Source: an uncultured Candidatus Saccharibacteria bacterium | GTDB lineage: Bacteria > Patescibacteriota > Minisyncoccia > Phycocordibacterales > UBA9973 | Length of the DNA stretch: 64,000 nucleotides | Reading direction: 5' to 3' | Assembly: GCA_964496425.1 (NCBI GenBank) | Contig: CAZBZO010000001.1 | Coordinates: forward strand, 205,744 to 269,743 | In this document: positions 57,383-64,000 of the stretch, one piece after another | How positions within the stretch are numbered: the first letter of the stretch is position 1 | How the letters are laid out: each line of letters begins with the position of its first letter | Program-made: the position numbers and the translations under genes | The notes under the pieces: generated by a model | What the model was told of the DNA's origin: nothing | What the model saw: only the letters and a program-made list of their open reading frames with translations | The model's database searches: none

Positions 57383-59575
57383 TTAGGCTGCTTGTTGCAG
57401 TCGATCTTTTTGCCATTTAGTGATTTTAATAACTTCTACACCAAGTGGAGTATAGTCAGAATTTGTTCCAATCTCCTCAAACCCGAATGATTCTCTGTAT
57501 GTGTCGCGCATCGGGTTTTGGGCGTATACGTCGGCTTCGAAGTCACCTTCGCTTGTATATTCTTCGATTACTTTGCGTAAAAGTTCGGTGCCGACACGCG
57601 AACCTTTGATGAGTGGATTTACGTTGAACGATGCTCCGTAAAAGGATCCGTCCGCGCGGCGCAGAACGCGCATAGATGCAATAACTTCGCCTTTGAGCTT
57701 GACGGTATCGATGACTTCATTTTCCTTTGGATTTTCGAGCGCGTCTTTTTGAGTACCAAGCCACTTTTCTCGGAGAGCTTCGGGGTATTGTTTTGTATTT
57801 TCTATCGCCATAGCAATGATCTCATTTTTATTCTGCTCTGACATCAGGGAAGCATTTTCGTGAGAAAGCTCGATATCCTTAAAATCTTCGAACGAGAATG
57901 TCTTTTGTTCTACAAGTGATTTACAAGCAGCCGCGAAGACAATAGTGGAAGTTTTGATGTCAGCCATTTTTTGCTCCAATTCCTTTCCAAGCGCGATACA
58001 ATCTTCTCCGGTGCATTTTTGTGCCGGTGCAGCATATATTTCAAGTAATTTTTTTCCGCGTAGTAGCAGATGCTCTTTTGTTTTATCAATGAGTTCCGGC
58101 GTCATTTTCGCAGACAGATTTTCTTGCATGTATGTTTCGACTGAGCTCACTTCGTCAATAATTTCCCCATACTTTTTAAAAAGTATTTCCGCGGATTCTG
58201 TCGGAAGCTTTTCTCCAAGGGTGAGGATCTTGTCGCCCATTGATTCATCACCGGACATTGAGAGGAATGATTTGAGGTAATTTTGGTTAATCTCCTGTTT
58301 GTTACCCTTAAGCTGACCTTCTAATTTTGTGAATGTCGCTTCATCTGATTCTGACAAAAATCGTAAAAATTGTATCTGCTCACGTAGGTACAAGTCCTCA
58401 AGATGTATACCTAGTCTTTTGTTGACGTAGTCTCTGATTTCTGGACTATGAAGGACTTTTATTAAATGCGAAAAATCTTCTTTTCCTAATGGATTGAAGA
58501 TTTTGTTTTCAGTGAGACCCTCGTAGCTTTGCAACTCGATGCTTCTTTTTGATGTATTTTTTATTTCTGTAGTCTCCACCAGTGCATATGGAGTGTAGGT
58601 TGCTCTCGAAATGATACTTCCATATTCTTTTGAAACTTTGGAATATAAGATGTTTTCCAAATCAGGAACGATTGAATTTGAATTAAAAAATTCCGTGCTC
58701 TCTTTTGTTACCTTTTCTCTAATCATACTGATTTCATTATTAACGGGGTATGGTTTGTCATCATCCTCGGAATCTGGGGTAGAATAGACACCTCCATCAA
58801 ACTCGCTCACAATTCCAGTATTATTCTCTATTTTTTTCAATTCGAAATCTGAAATAAACTTGACGAGTGGACTCTTTTCATTTTTACGAAGTTCTAGTAG
58901 AAGTTTAACAACTGCTTTATATGCTGGTTCTGCCCACTCTCCATTCCCATGTGCCCACAATGCAGTAGTGGAAAGCTGCTTAATTGCGCTAATTTTGCTC
59001 GAACTACTCAGATTTTTTACATTTTCCTTAAATTTTTCTATACGCTCCCCATTTGCCCACGAAAGATCAAGGGTGAGTTCTCCTTGAGTACTGACAATAT
59101 TTCTTAGACCGTACGTTTCATTTATTTTTGAAAATGCAATGAGTTGGTAGATACGGTCAGTTTTTAAATATTCTAGCGCGTCGGGCGAACGACCGAAATA
59201 CAAATTATTAAGGTTTTCGTAAAAACTTTGCGCCTTGTTTTTTTCGTAATCCTTTTTGAAAATGAGCTTATTGCAAAACTCAATGAGTTCGTCAGCGAAG
59301 ATTTTTACCAATCCTGTTTGTTCCTTAGATATATATTGGGTTTCGTTCGGGAATAATTTTTCAACCATTTCATGCATCGGGTCATTGAAAAAGCCTCTGG
59401 ATGTATCGGAATTATTACTCCATAGTTCCTGTATGTGCGTTTTAACCCACGCACTAAAAAATTTCTTCTTTTCTTGAGGTGTCATTTCTAGATTTTCAGA
59501 TGGTTTTGAAATACTAGGTTCACCGACAGGAGATGGCTGATCTGCAAATTTCATACCTCGATTGTACACCCCCAC
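57383..59575 (-). CDS. Large hypothetical protein with a C-terminal GNAT acetyltransferase domain
   Basis: 730 aa. The C-terminus has ...FNVNPLIKGSRVGTELLRKVIEEY...YAQNPMRDTYRESFGFEEIG, matching the GNAT motif A and beta-strand pattern. It is convergent with the TrmB gene, with only 2 bp of spacing. Confidence 0.55.
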   Translation of the reverse strand: MGVYNRGMKFADQPSPVGEPSISKPSENLEMTPQEKKKFFSAWVKTHIQELWSNNSDTSRGFFNDPMHEMVEKLFPNETQYISKEQTGLVKIFADELIEFCNKLIFKKDYEKNKAQSFYENLNNLYFGRSPDALEYLKTDRIYQLIAFSKINETYGLRNIVSTQGELTLDLSWANGERIEKFKENVKNLSSSSKISAIKQLSTTALWAHGNGEWAEPAYKAVVKLLLELRKNEKSPLVKFISDFELKKIENNTGIVSEFDGGVYSTPDSEDDDKPYPVNNEISMIREKVTKESTEFFNSNSIVPDLENILYSKVSKEYGSIISRATYTPYALVETTEIKNTSKRSIELQSYEGLTENKIFNPLGKEDFSHLIKVLHSPEIRDYVNKRLGIHLEDLYLREQIQFLRFLSESDEATFTKLEGQLKGNKQEINQNYLKSFLSMSGDESMGDKILTLGEKLPTESAEILFKKYGEIIDEVSSVETYMQENLSAKMTPELIDKTKEHLLLRGKKLLEIYAAPAQKCTGEDCIALGKELEQKMADIKTSTIVFAAACKSLVEQKTFSFEDFKDIELSHENASLMSEQNKNEIIAMAIENTKQYPEALREKWLGTQKDALENPKENEVIDTVKLKGEVIASMRVLRRADGSFYGASFNVNPLIKGSRVGTELLRKVIEEYTSEGDFEADVYAQNPMRDTYRESFGFEEIGTNSDYTPLGVEVIKITKWQKDRLQQAA

Positions 59576-59675
59576 TCCTCAAATGCCCATAGGTTTTCAT
59601 ATTTTGTGTGACAAAAGGGGACAGGAAGTACCACATGAAAGTCTTTGCGTTCGGGCTAGTGGTTATTGCTAAAGA

Positions 59676-60119
59676 TTGGGAAAGCCTATAGAATGCGGGC
59701 GAACTCAAATCTACCGAACTATGCAGAAAAATGTAACAGTACTTTTCGTAGGCTACAAAGGCTACGAGCCAAATTGGGGAGTATTTGCCCAAGCCCTACT
59801 TCGGAAAACTTCCTTGGTAAAAATTGAGGCAGTAATTTTTGATCCAACGATAGGATATTTAGTTTCGATGATTGATCGAAATCCTGCTGTTGGGGTGATT
59901 TTTGACCCTGAGATTCCGGTTGATATTCTCGAAGAGTATCTTCGGAACAGATATACAGAGAAAAAAATTACATTGACGTATGGCCGGCCCAGCGTAATGA
60001 ACGGGAAAAGGCAGAAGTTGCAGGATCTGGGTAGGGATACTTTTGAAATGTATGCCACTGATAGTGAGGTAGTACTTCGTCTCACCAGTAACGAACTCAT
60101 TGATGCTTTGACGCACTGA
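59676..60119 (+). CDS. Hypothetical protein
   Basis: 147 aa ORF. The terminator hairpin AAGGCGGGAAATA...TATTTCCCGCCTT plus a T-run lies at about 60126-60165. Confidence 0.4.
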   Translation: MGKPIECGRTQIYRTMQKNVTVLFVGYKGYEPNWGVFAQALLRKTSLVKIEAVIFDPTIGYLVSMIDRNPAVGVIFDPEIPVDILEEYLRNRYTEKKITLTYGRPSVMNGKRQKLQDLGRDTFEMYATDSEVVLRLTSNELIDALTH

Positions 60120-60199
60120 ATATTAAAGGCGGGAAATAGAAATATTTCCCGCCTTGCTTTTTTATACTGGCTTGCGATCATAGAGAAAACACTTCTTTT

Positions 60200-60649
60200 A
60201 TGAAAGCAATAACAATTACAGGCACTGATCACGGACCTTCTTCGACTGAAGGTATTGTGATCGTTAAAAATGAGTTTGATACATATTGTTTCCGAGTTGG
60301 GGATGAGAAAACATATGAACAGGTGAATTTTAATAAGATGTGCCCTCCTGAAATTGAATTACGAGATGATCTTAAAATAATCACAAGCATTCAATTTGTT
60401 CGAAGGGATAATCCCACAACTGGAAAATATTTTTTCCTGGTTGTAGAGCCAAAAAATCCAAACGAAGAAGGAATGGTCGTTCTCCTCAACAATGCACATA
60501 TCCTTAAAGGAATAAGCTCTAACTACAAAATTCTCATAGAAATTAACACGTCGTACCTTATCTTACTCCTTAGAAAACATAGAGTGCGATTCAAGATTGG
60601 GGAAGAGGTATGGATTATCCGTAATTCTCTCGTCTCGAGAGAATCCTGA
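60200..60649 (+). CDS. Hypothetical protein
   Basis: 149 aa ORF followed by a strong 13-bp-stem terminator at 60671-60699. Confidence 0.45.
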   Translation: MKAITITGTDHGPSSTEGIVIVKNEFDTYCFRVGDEKTYEQVNFNKMCPPEIELRDDLKIITSIQFVRRDNPTTGKYFFLVVEPKNPNEEGMVVLLNNAHILKGISSNYKILIEINTSYLILLLRKHRVRFKIGEEVWIIRNSLVSRES

Positions 60650-60670
60650 CCCAAGCGTAATCTCGTATCT

Positions 60671-60699
60671 CCGTAGTTTTATAAACTACGGAGATTGTT
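60671..60699 (+). terminator. Rho-independent terminator
   Basis: ATCTCCGTAGTTT-TAT-AAACTACGGAGAT is a 13-bp perfect stem. It is followed by TTGTTTTAT. Confidence 0.7.
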
Positions 60700-60753
60700 T
60701 TATATACGAAGTATGTTAGTATAGAAGGGTTTTTAAGGCGCAACGGGTTAATT

Positions 60754-60958
60754 TCGGTAGCCCTAAAGGATTGCGATTTTAACAATCCAAGTACGGATTA
60801 AAAAATCGGTAGCCCTAAAGGATTGCGATTTCTACAGTTTCTTTTGAAACTAAGAAATCGGGAATATCTCGGTAGTATGCATGTTTTGGGGATATTTTTC
60901 ATTGTTAATTTAACATCTAGGTCGGGGCGTAGTATATCGGTAGTATGCATGTTTTGGG
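60754..60958. repeat. Two pairs of direct repeats sharing a TCGGTAG core (tRNA-fragment-like)
   Basis: TCGGTAGCCCTAAAGGATTGCGATTT occurs at 60754-60779 and 60806-60831. TCGGTAGTATGCATGTTTTGGG occurs at 60869-60890 and 60937-60958. The second copy lies inside the tRNA-Pro-like element. Confidence 0.6.
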
Positions 60959-60993
60959 AACATGAGGGCCGAGTTCGATTCTCGGCGCCCCGA
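60923..60993 (+). pseudogene. tRNA-like element with a Pro (TGG) anticodon arm and no regular D-stem (probable tRNA pseudogene or remnant)
   Basis: The acceptor is CGGGGCG/CGCCCCG, extendable to a 13-bp pairing CTAGGTCGGGGCG/CGCCCCGACCTAG. The anticodon arm is CATGT-TTTGGGA-ACATG. The T-arm is CCGAG-TTCGATT-CTCGG. The D-arm region AGTATATCGGTAGTAT is a direct repeat rather than a helix. Confidence 0.4.
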
Positions 60994-61089
60994 CCTAGGT
61001 GTGAAAAGAAAAATATCCGGATGTTTGGGGGAACATCCGCGGAAATTTCGAGAAGAAATTTATGAGGGCCGAGTTTGCCCCTACTCCTT

Positions 61090-61160
61090 GCGGGATTAGT
61101 TAAATGGTATAACTCTAGTTTTCCAAACTAGTGTCGGGGGTTCGATTCCCCCATCCCGCA
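61090..61160 (+). tRNA. tRNA-Gly (anticodon TCC)
   Basis: The sequence GCGGGATTAGTTAAATGGTATAACTCTAGTTTTCCAAACTAGTGTCGGGGGTTCGATTCCCCCATCCCGCA has the acceptor GCGGGAT/ATCCCGC. The anticodon arm is CTAGT-TTTCCAA-ACTAG. The T-arm is GGGGG-TTCGATT-CCCCC. Confidence 0.9.
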
Positions 61161-61310
61161 CATAAAACACTTAGCCCGGATGCATAGCATTCGGGTTTTA
61201 GTGTTTTACTGCGGTATGGGAATCGAAAGACGGAGGCCGCGAAGCCGTCCGAAGGACGTGGTCGAGTCGGGGTCGAGAAATTTTTATGAAATAAAAAATA
61301 TTCGTAACCT

Positions 61311-61326
61311 ATTCCCCCATCCCGCA
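61311..61326 (+). repeat. 16-nt direct repeat of the tRNA-Gly(TCC) 3' end (att-like)
   Basis: ATTCCCCCATCCCGCA at 61311-61326 duplicates 61145-61160. The about 150-bp segment between the copies is GC-rich and hairpin-rich (for example AAACACTtagCCCGGATGCataGCATTCGGGttttAGTGTTT). Confidence 0.55.
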
Positions 61327-61349
61327 ATTTCCCAAGCAAAAAGCCGCCG

Positions 61350-61380
61350 GATAGGTTGCGGCGACTTTTTGACTCTCGAG
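61350..61380. terminator. Bidirectional terminator downstream of hup
   Basis: AAAAAGCCGCCggataggttGCGGCGACTTTTTG has a stem flanked by A5 and T5. Confidence 0.55.
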
Positions 61381-61447
61381 AAAATTCTTTGAGCTATTTT
61401 GCTTCTCGCTTTGCTCGAAGTAAATAATCCTATTTTCTCTAACGGAA

Positions 61448-61720
61448 TTATTTAACAGCGTCTTTGAGTGCTTTTGCTGCGCGAAACTTCGGTACGCGTG
61501 TTGCTGCGACCTTGACCGCTTCACCAGTTTTTGGATTGCGAGCCATGCGAGCAGCGCGGTTCTTCACTGAGAAGATACCCAAGCCTGCGATTGAAACTTC
61601 ACCACCTTTCTTCAAAGTGCCGATAATAGCTTCGATCAAACCGTCCACAACCTCTTCAGCGCCTACTTTGGTACCTCCGATTTTGCCATGGACCCATTCT
61701 ACCAATGCTTGTTTGTTCAT
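61448..61720 (-). CDS. hup: HU/IHF-family DNA-binding protein
   Basis: 90 aa with the HU signature ...GEVSIAGLGIFSVKNRAARMARNPKTGEAVKVAATRVPKFRAAKALKDAV. Confidence 0.9.
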   Translation of the reverse strand: MNKQALVEWVHGKIGGTKVGAEEVVDGLIEAIIGTLKKGGEVSIAGLGIFSVKNRAARMARNPKTGEAVKVAATRVPKFRAAKALKDAVK

Positions 61721-61945
61721 AAGAAAGCGTTTTGCTTTATTTTACTAATGAGCTCGACCGCTTTTGCTAGCTTTTAGGCGAAAGGCGTAAAAGCTTAGAA
61801 ACTATAGATAGTATAGCGCTCAGGCTTTTTTTGGCAAGGTTTTACAGGGTTTCTCAAGATTTGACCAAAAGCTCCAAAAATGGTAGAGTTTTGACAAATT
61901 TCAGACAAATTTCATCTTTTTCACGCATCCAACCCCCTCTTTCAC

Positions 61946-62461
61946 ATGAAAAACTTGCTTATAGTACTCACCTTTTTATTTTTTTCGATCACTGCTCATG
62001 CACAGCAAACAGAGATCATAAAAAAAGCTTCATTTTTTTATGATAACGATACTATGATCATAGAGCACTCCGAGGAATTGATTTCTGGAGAGAATAGACA
62101 ACTTTCTCTTATGATATTTGTATATATAGGATATGTTGACCAATATCAAGATTTAGAGAAGGAAATTAAAGAAATTAAAAATTCTTCCGACAAAGATGCA
62201 TCTCCTCCATCCAAAACCCTTATTCGATTGAGCGAGGAGATAAGCCATGTTGTAGATGGCATGGAAGGAACAATTCAAACTATGGCAAAATCAGTAGATC
62301 CTAATGCTCAATCGGTATACTGTATTAAATTTACTTCAGAGATTGACCCTTCTTTTACTATCGAATCCGTTTCTTATAGAAACAGAATGGAAGAGATGAT
62401 AGAAGGTATTGTCGACCTTCTGAAAAAGAAACAACAGGTTCTACCGGTTGTGAAGTCATGA
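61946..62461 (+). CDS. Secreted hypothetical protein
   Basis: 171 aa with a signal peptide MKNLLIVLTFLFFSITAHAQQ. A terminator hairpin AACCCAGCTTT...AAAGCTGGGTT plus a T-run lies at 62479-62519. Confidence 0.5.
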   Translation: MKNLLIVLTFLFFSITAHAQQTEIIKKASFFYDNDTMIIEHSEELISGENRQLSLMIFVYIGYVDQYQDLEKEIKEIKNSSDKDASPPSKTLIRLSEEISHVVDGMEGTIQTMAKSVDPNAQSVYCIKFTSEIDPSFTIESVSYRNRMEEMIEGIVDLLKKKQQVLPVVKS

Positions 62462-62525
62462 AATGCCTTTTAATCCTTAAACCCAGCTTTTGTCTAAAAC
62501 GACTAAAGCTGGGTTTTTTATTTGT

Positions 62526-63269
62526 CTATTTTGTCTCCCACAAGAGGAGAAACATACTCTTTTGCATTTCGATAATACTTTTATTTTCTATGACAATTGT
62601 CACGAGGGGCTCGCGGAGCTGAAACATTACCAGTTTATATGGCGTGACGACCAGATCGACATGGATGTCGGCTTCGGCGGGCAATATTTTTACACTTTCG
62701 TTAAAGTTTCTCTCTGTAGTTTTCCTTTTTTGTGCAGCCGGACTATCAGTAAAGAGAAGTTTGGTCTCGACGCGCATACTAGCGCGGCGTTCGACGTGGT
62801 TTTTTATAAAAAAGTCTTCATCGAGATGCTGCCACTCGGCAATATTTGAAATAGCATAATAAAAATCATGCGGGCGGAAATCTTTTAATAAATCATCATA
62901 AATATTTTTGATCGCCGGCAAGCCCTCATAATATTTGATGGTGCTTTCTGTGCCTTTTAGATGAAATAAGCCTTCAAGTTCAGGAATCATGCGTGACAAG
63001 AGCGCACGCTTGTTCTCTAGTGCATTCTCAAGTCGCTCGGGATGCTCTGGTGCATATAAGGTTTTGAGGCCATGTACTTCTTTTTTCATCAAACCTTTAC
63101 GCTCAAGTGCCGTGATAATCTCATATACCGTGGTGCGCTTGATTTCTGAGTGCTTAGATAGCTTGAGCACGGTGGTAGGACCCAAAGAAAGGGAAGCTAA
63201 ATAGACTTTTGCTTCGGCTTCTTCGAGTCCAAATTCCTCCAAAGTGCTAAGTAATTTGTCGTTTTTCAT
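62526..63269 (-). CDS. TrmB-family transcriptional regulator (second copy)
   Basis: 247 aa with an N-terminal HTH MKNDKLLSTLEEFGLEEAEAKVYLASLSLGPTTVLKLSKHSEIKRTTVYEIITALERKGLMKK. A palindrome TTGTCGAAATATTCGACAA lies at 63274-63292, immediately upstream. Confidence 0.75.
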   Translation of the reverse strand: MKNDKLLSTLEEFGLEEAEAKVYLASLSLGPTTVLKLSKHSEIKRTTVYEIITALERKGLMKKEVHGLKTLYAPEHPERLENALENKRALLSRMIPELEGLFHLKGTESTIKYYEGLPAIKNIYDDLLKDFRPHDFYYAISNIAEWQHLDEDFFIKNHVERRASMRVETKLLFTDSPAAQKRKTTERNFNESVKILPAEADIHVDLVVTPYKLVMFQLREPLVTIVIENKSIIEMQKSMFLLLWETK

Positions 63270-63402
63270 AATTTTGTCGAAATATTCGACAACAATATTT
63301 TACTATATCTAAAACATAAAACCTACTTTTTCGAACTTTTGTCGACGTTTGTGACAGAAACATAAATTCGTGGCATAATTTTCTGGAACAAAATTTAAAA
63401 AC

Positions 63403-64000
63403 ATGAAAAAGATTTCTTTTCGTTCACCGGAACTAACCCCGGAATATTTTAGTACGCTCGGTGTCATTCATGATCACTTCGATGGCACAGGAGACCCTGA
63501 TCGTATTAGTACAGCATTGCTCCAGCCACTTTCAAAAAAAGGCAATTGGAGCAAAATTAATTACGTTGAAGAATTTATCGCAGGTCCGGAGCGTGCGCTT
63601 TTACCTCTGGTGTACCAATCGCATACGCCTAAGATTGCTGGAGAAGAAACAATTGATTTCTTTACAACCACTTCCCATAACGATCGTGCTGATGTGGTGA
63701 ATTTTTTAAATAGTTTGCTCTTTGCAAACTTCACTCGCCATGCAGTCGGCATGATTGAATGTGAACAGGTGATTGGAGTATTAAAACATGGACAAGAGGA
63801 ATGGCTTCCGAATAAAAAACGAATTGCAATTATTCGGCCCGAAGAAGTTAATCTCATTCCAAGTCGAACCTTATCAAATGAGATCCATTGGGGATTTAAC
63901 ATTTCTAAGAACATGTTTCGGTTGTCACTCAATCACTTAGGTGAATACCTGACCATGCACAAAGTAATGTTCGGTGGTCTGTTCTTATTTGACCGCGGAG
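63403..64000 (+). CDS. Hypothetical protein, partial (open to the window end)
   Basis: The ATG at 63403 opens a frame with no stop through 64000, at least 199 codons: MKKISFRSPELTPEYFSTLGVIHDHFDGTGDPDRI.... It is missing from the ORF track because it is truncated. It is divergent from the second TrmB gene. Confidence 0.5.
   Translation, partial: MKKISFRSPELTPEYFSTLGVIHDHFDGTGDPDRISTALLQPLSKKGNWSKINYVEEFIAGPERALLPLVYQSHTPKIAGEETIDFFTTTSHNDRADVVNFLNSLLFANFTRHAVGMIECEQVIGVLKHGQEEWLPNKKRIAIIRPEEVNLIPSRTLSNEIHWGFNISKNMFRLSLNHLGEYLTMHKVMFGGLFLFDRG

Noticed and set aside
60754-60831. Possible mini-CRISPR array (two 26-bp repeats with a 26-bp spacer)
   Set aside because: Only two copies are present, there is no cas context, and the repeats share a tRNA D-loop-like core with neighbouring tRNA fragments. 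The repeats are better explained as tRNA-derived or attachment-site repeats.
63561-63932. Minus-strand 123-aa ORF
   Set aside because: A longer plus-strand frame, open from 63403 through the window end, covers the same DNA and has protein-like composition. The minus ORF is Cys/Ser-rich and implausible.

Overview
The window reads like a low-GC, gene-dense chromosome segment from a Patescibacteria/CPR-like bacterium; that taxonomic placement is an inference from the gene content and the many large orphan membrane proteins.

Main contents, in order:
- 1-4.3 kb: the replication-origin neighbourhood. dnaN (partial) and dnaA sit on the minus strand with an AT-rich, DnaA-box-bearing intergenic region between them (putative oriC). 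rpmH-rnpA-yidD-yidC-jag run divergently on the plus strand.
- 4.3-20.3 kb: an ~16 kb minus-strand cluster with type IV secretion hallmarks. It holds a VirB4 ATPase, a possible split VirB4 N-domain, a PrgI/VirB3-like protein, a VirB6-like polytopic membrane protein, an SLT lytic transglycosylase and several secreted or membrane-anchored orphans.
- 20.3-23.1 kb: rsmA and pcrA.
- 23.6-32.5 kb: four consecutive large coiled-coil/charged orphan proteins on the minus strand.
- 32.9-48.4 kb: housekeeping and accessory genes. These are a LysM-M23 peptidase, comM/yifB, pnp, rpsO, xerC/D, xth and cca.
- 48.4-49.1 kb: a tRNA locus (Gly-GCC, Arg-TCG) flanked by two inverted, diverged copies of a ~150-nt structured-RNA-like element that carries compensatory stem changes.
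- 50.8-54.1 kb: a four-gene minus-strand operon encoding an E2-like protein, a JAB/MPN+ peptidase, an E1-like ThiF/MoeB protein and a tandem beta-grasp protein with an internal Gly-Gly. This looks like a Bil/Bub-type ubiquitin-like conjugation system.
- 54.1-56.6 kb: ~2.5 kb with no convincing genes but large palindromes.
- 56.6-64.0 kb: two TrmB-family regulators with palindromes just upstream, a 730-aa GNAT-fused protein, a repeat-rich tRNA-fragment zone containing tRNA-Gly(TCC) with a duplicated 3' end, and hup.

All calls come from reading the translated ORFs and the nucleotide sequence by eye. No database searches were possible.
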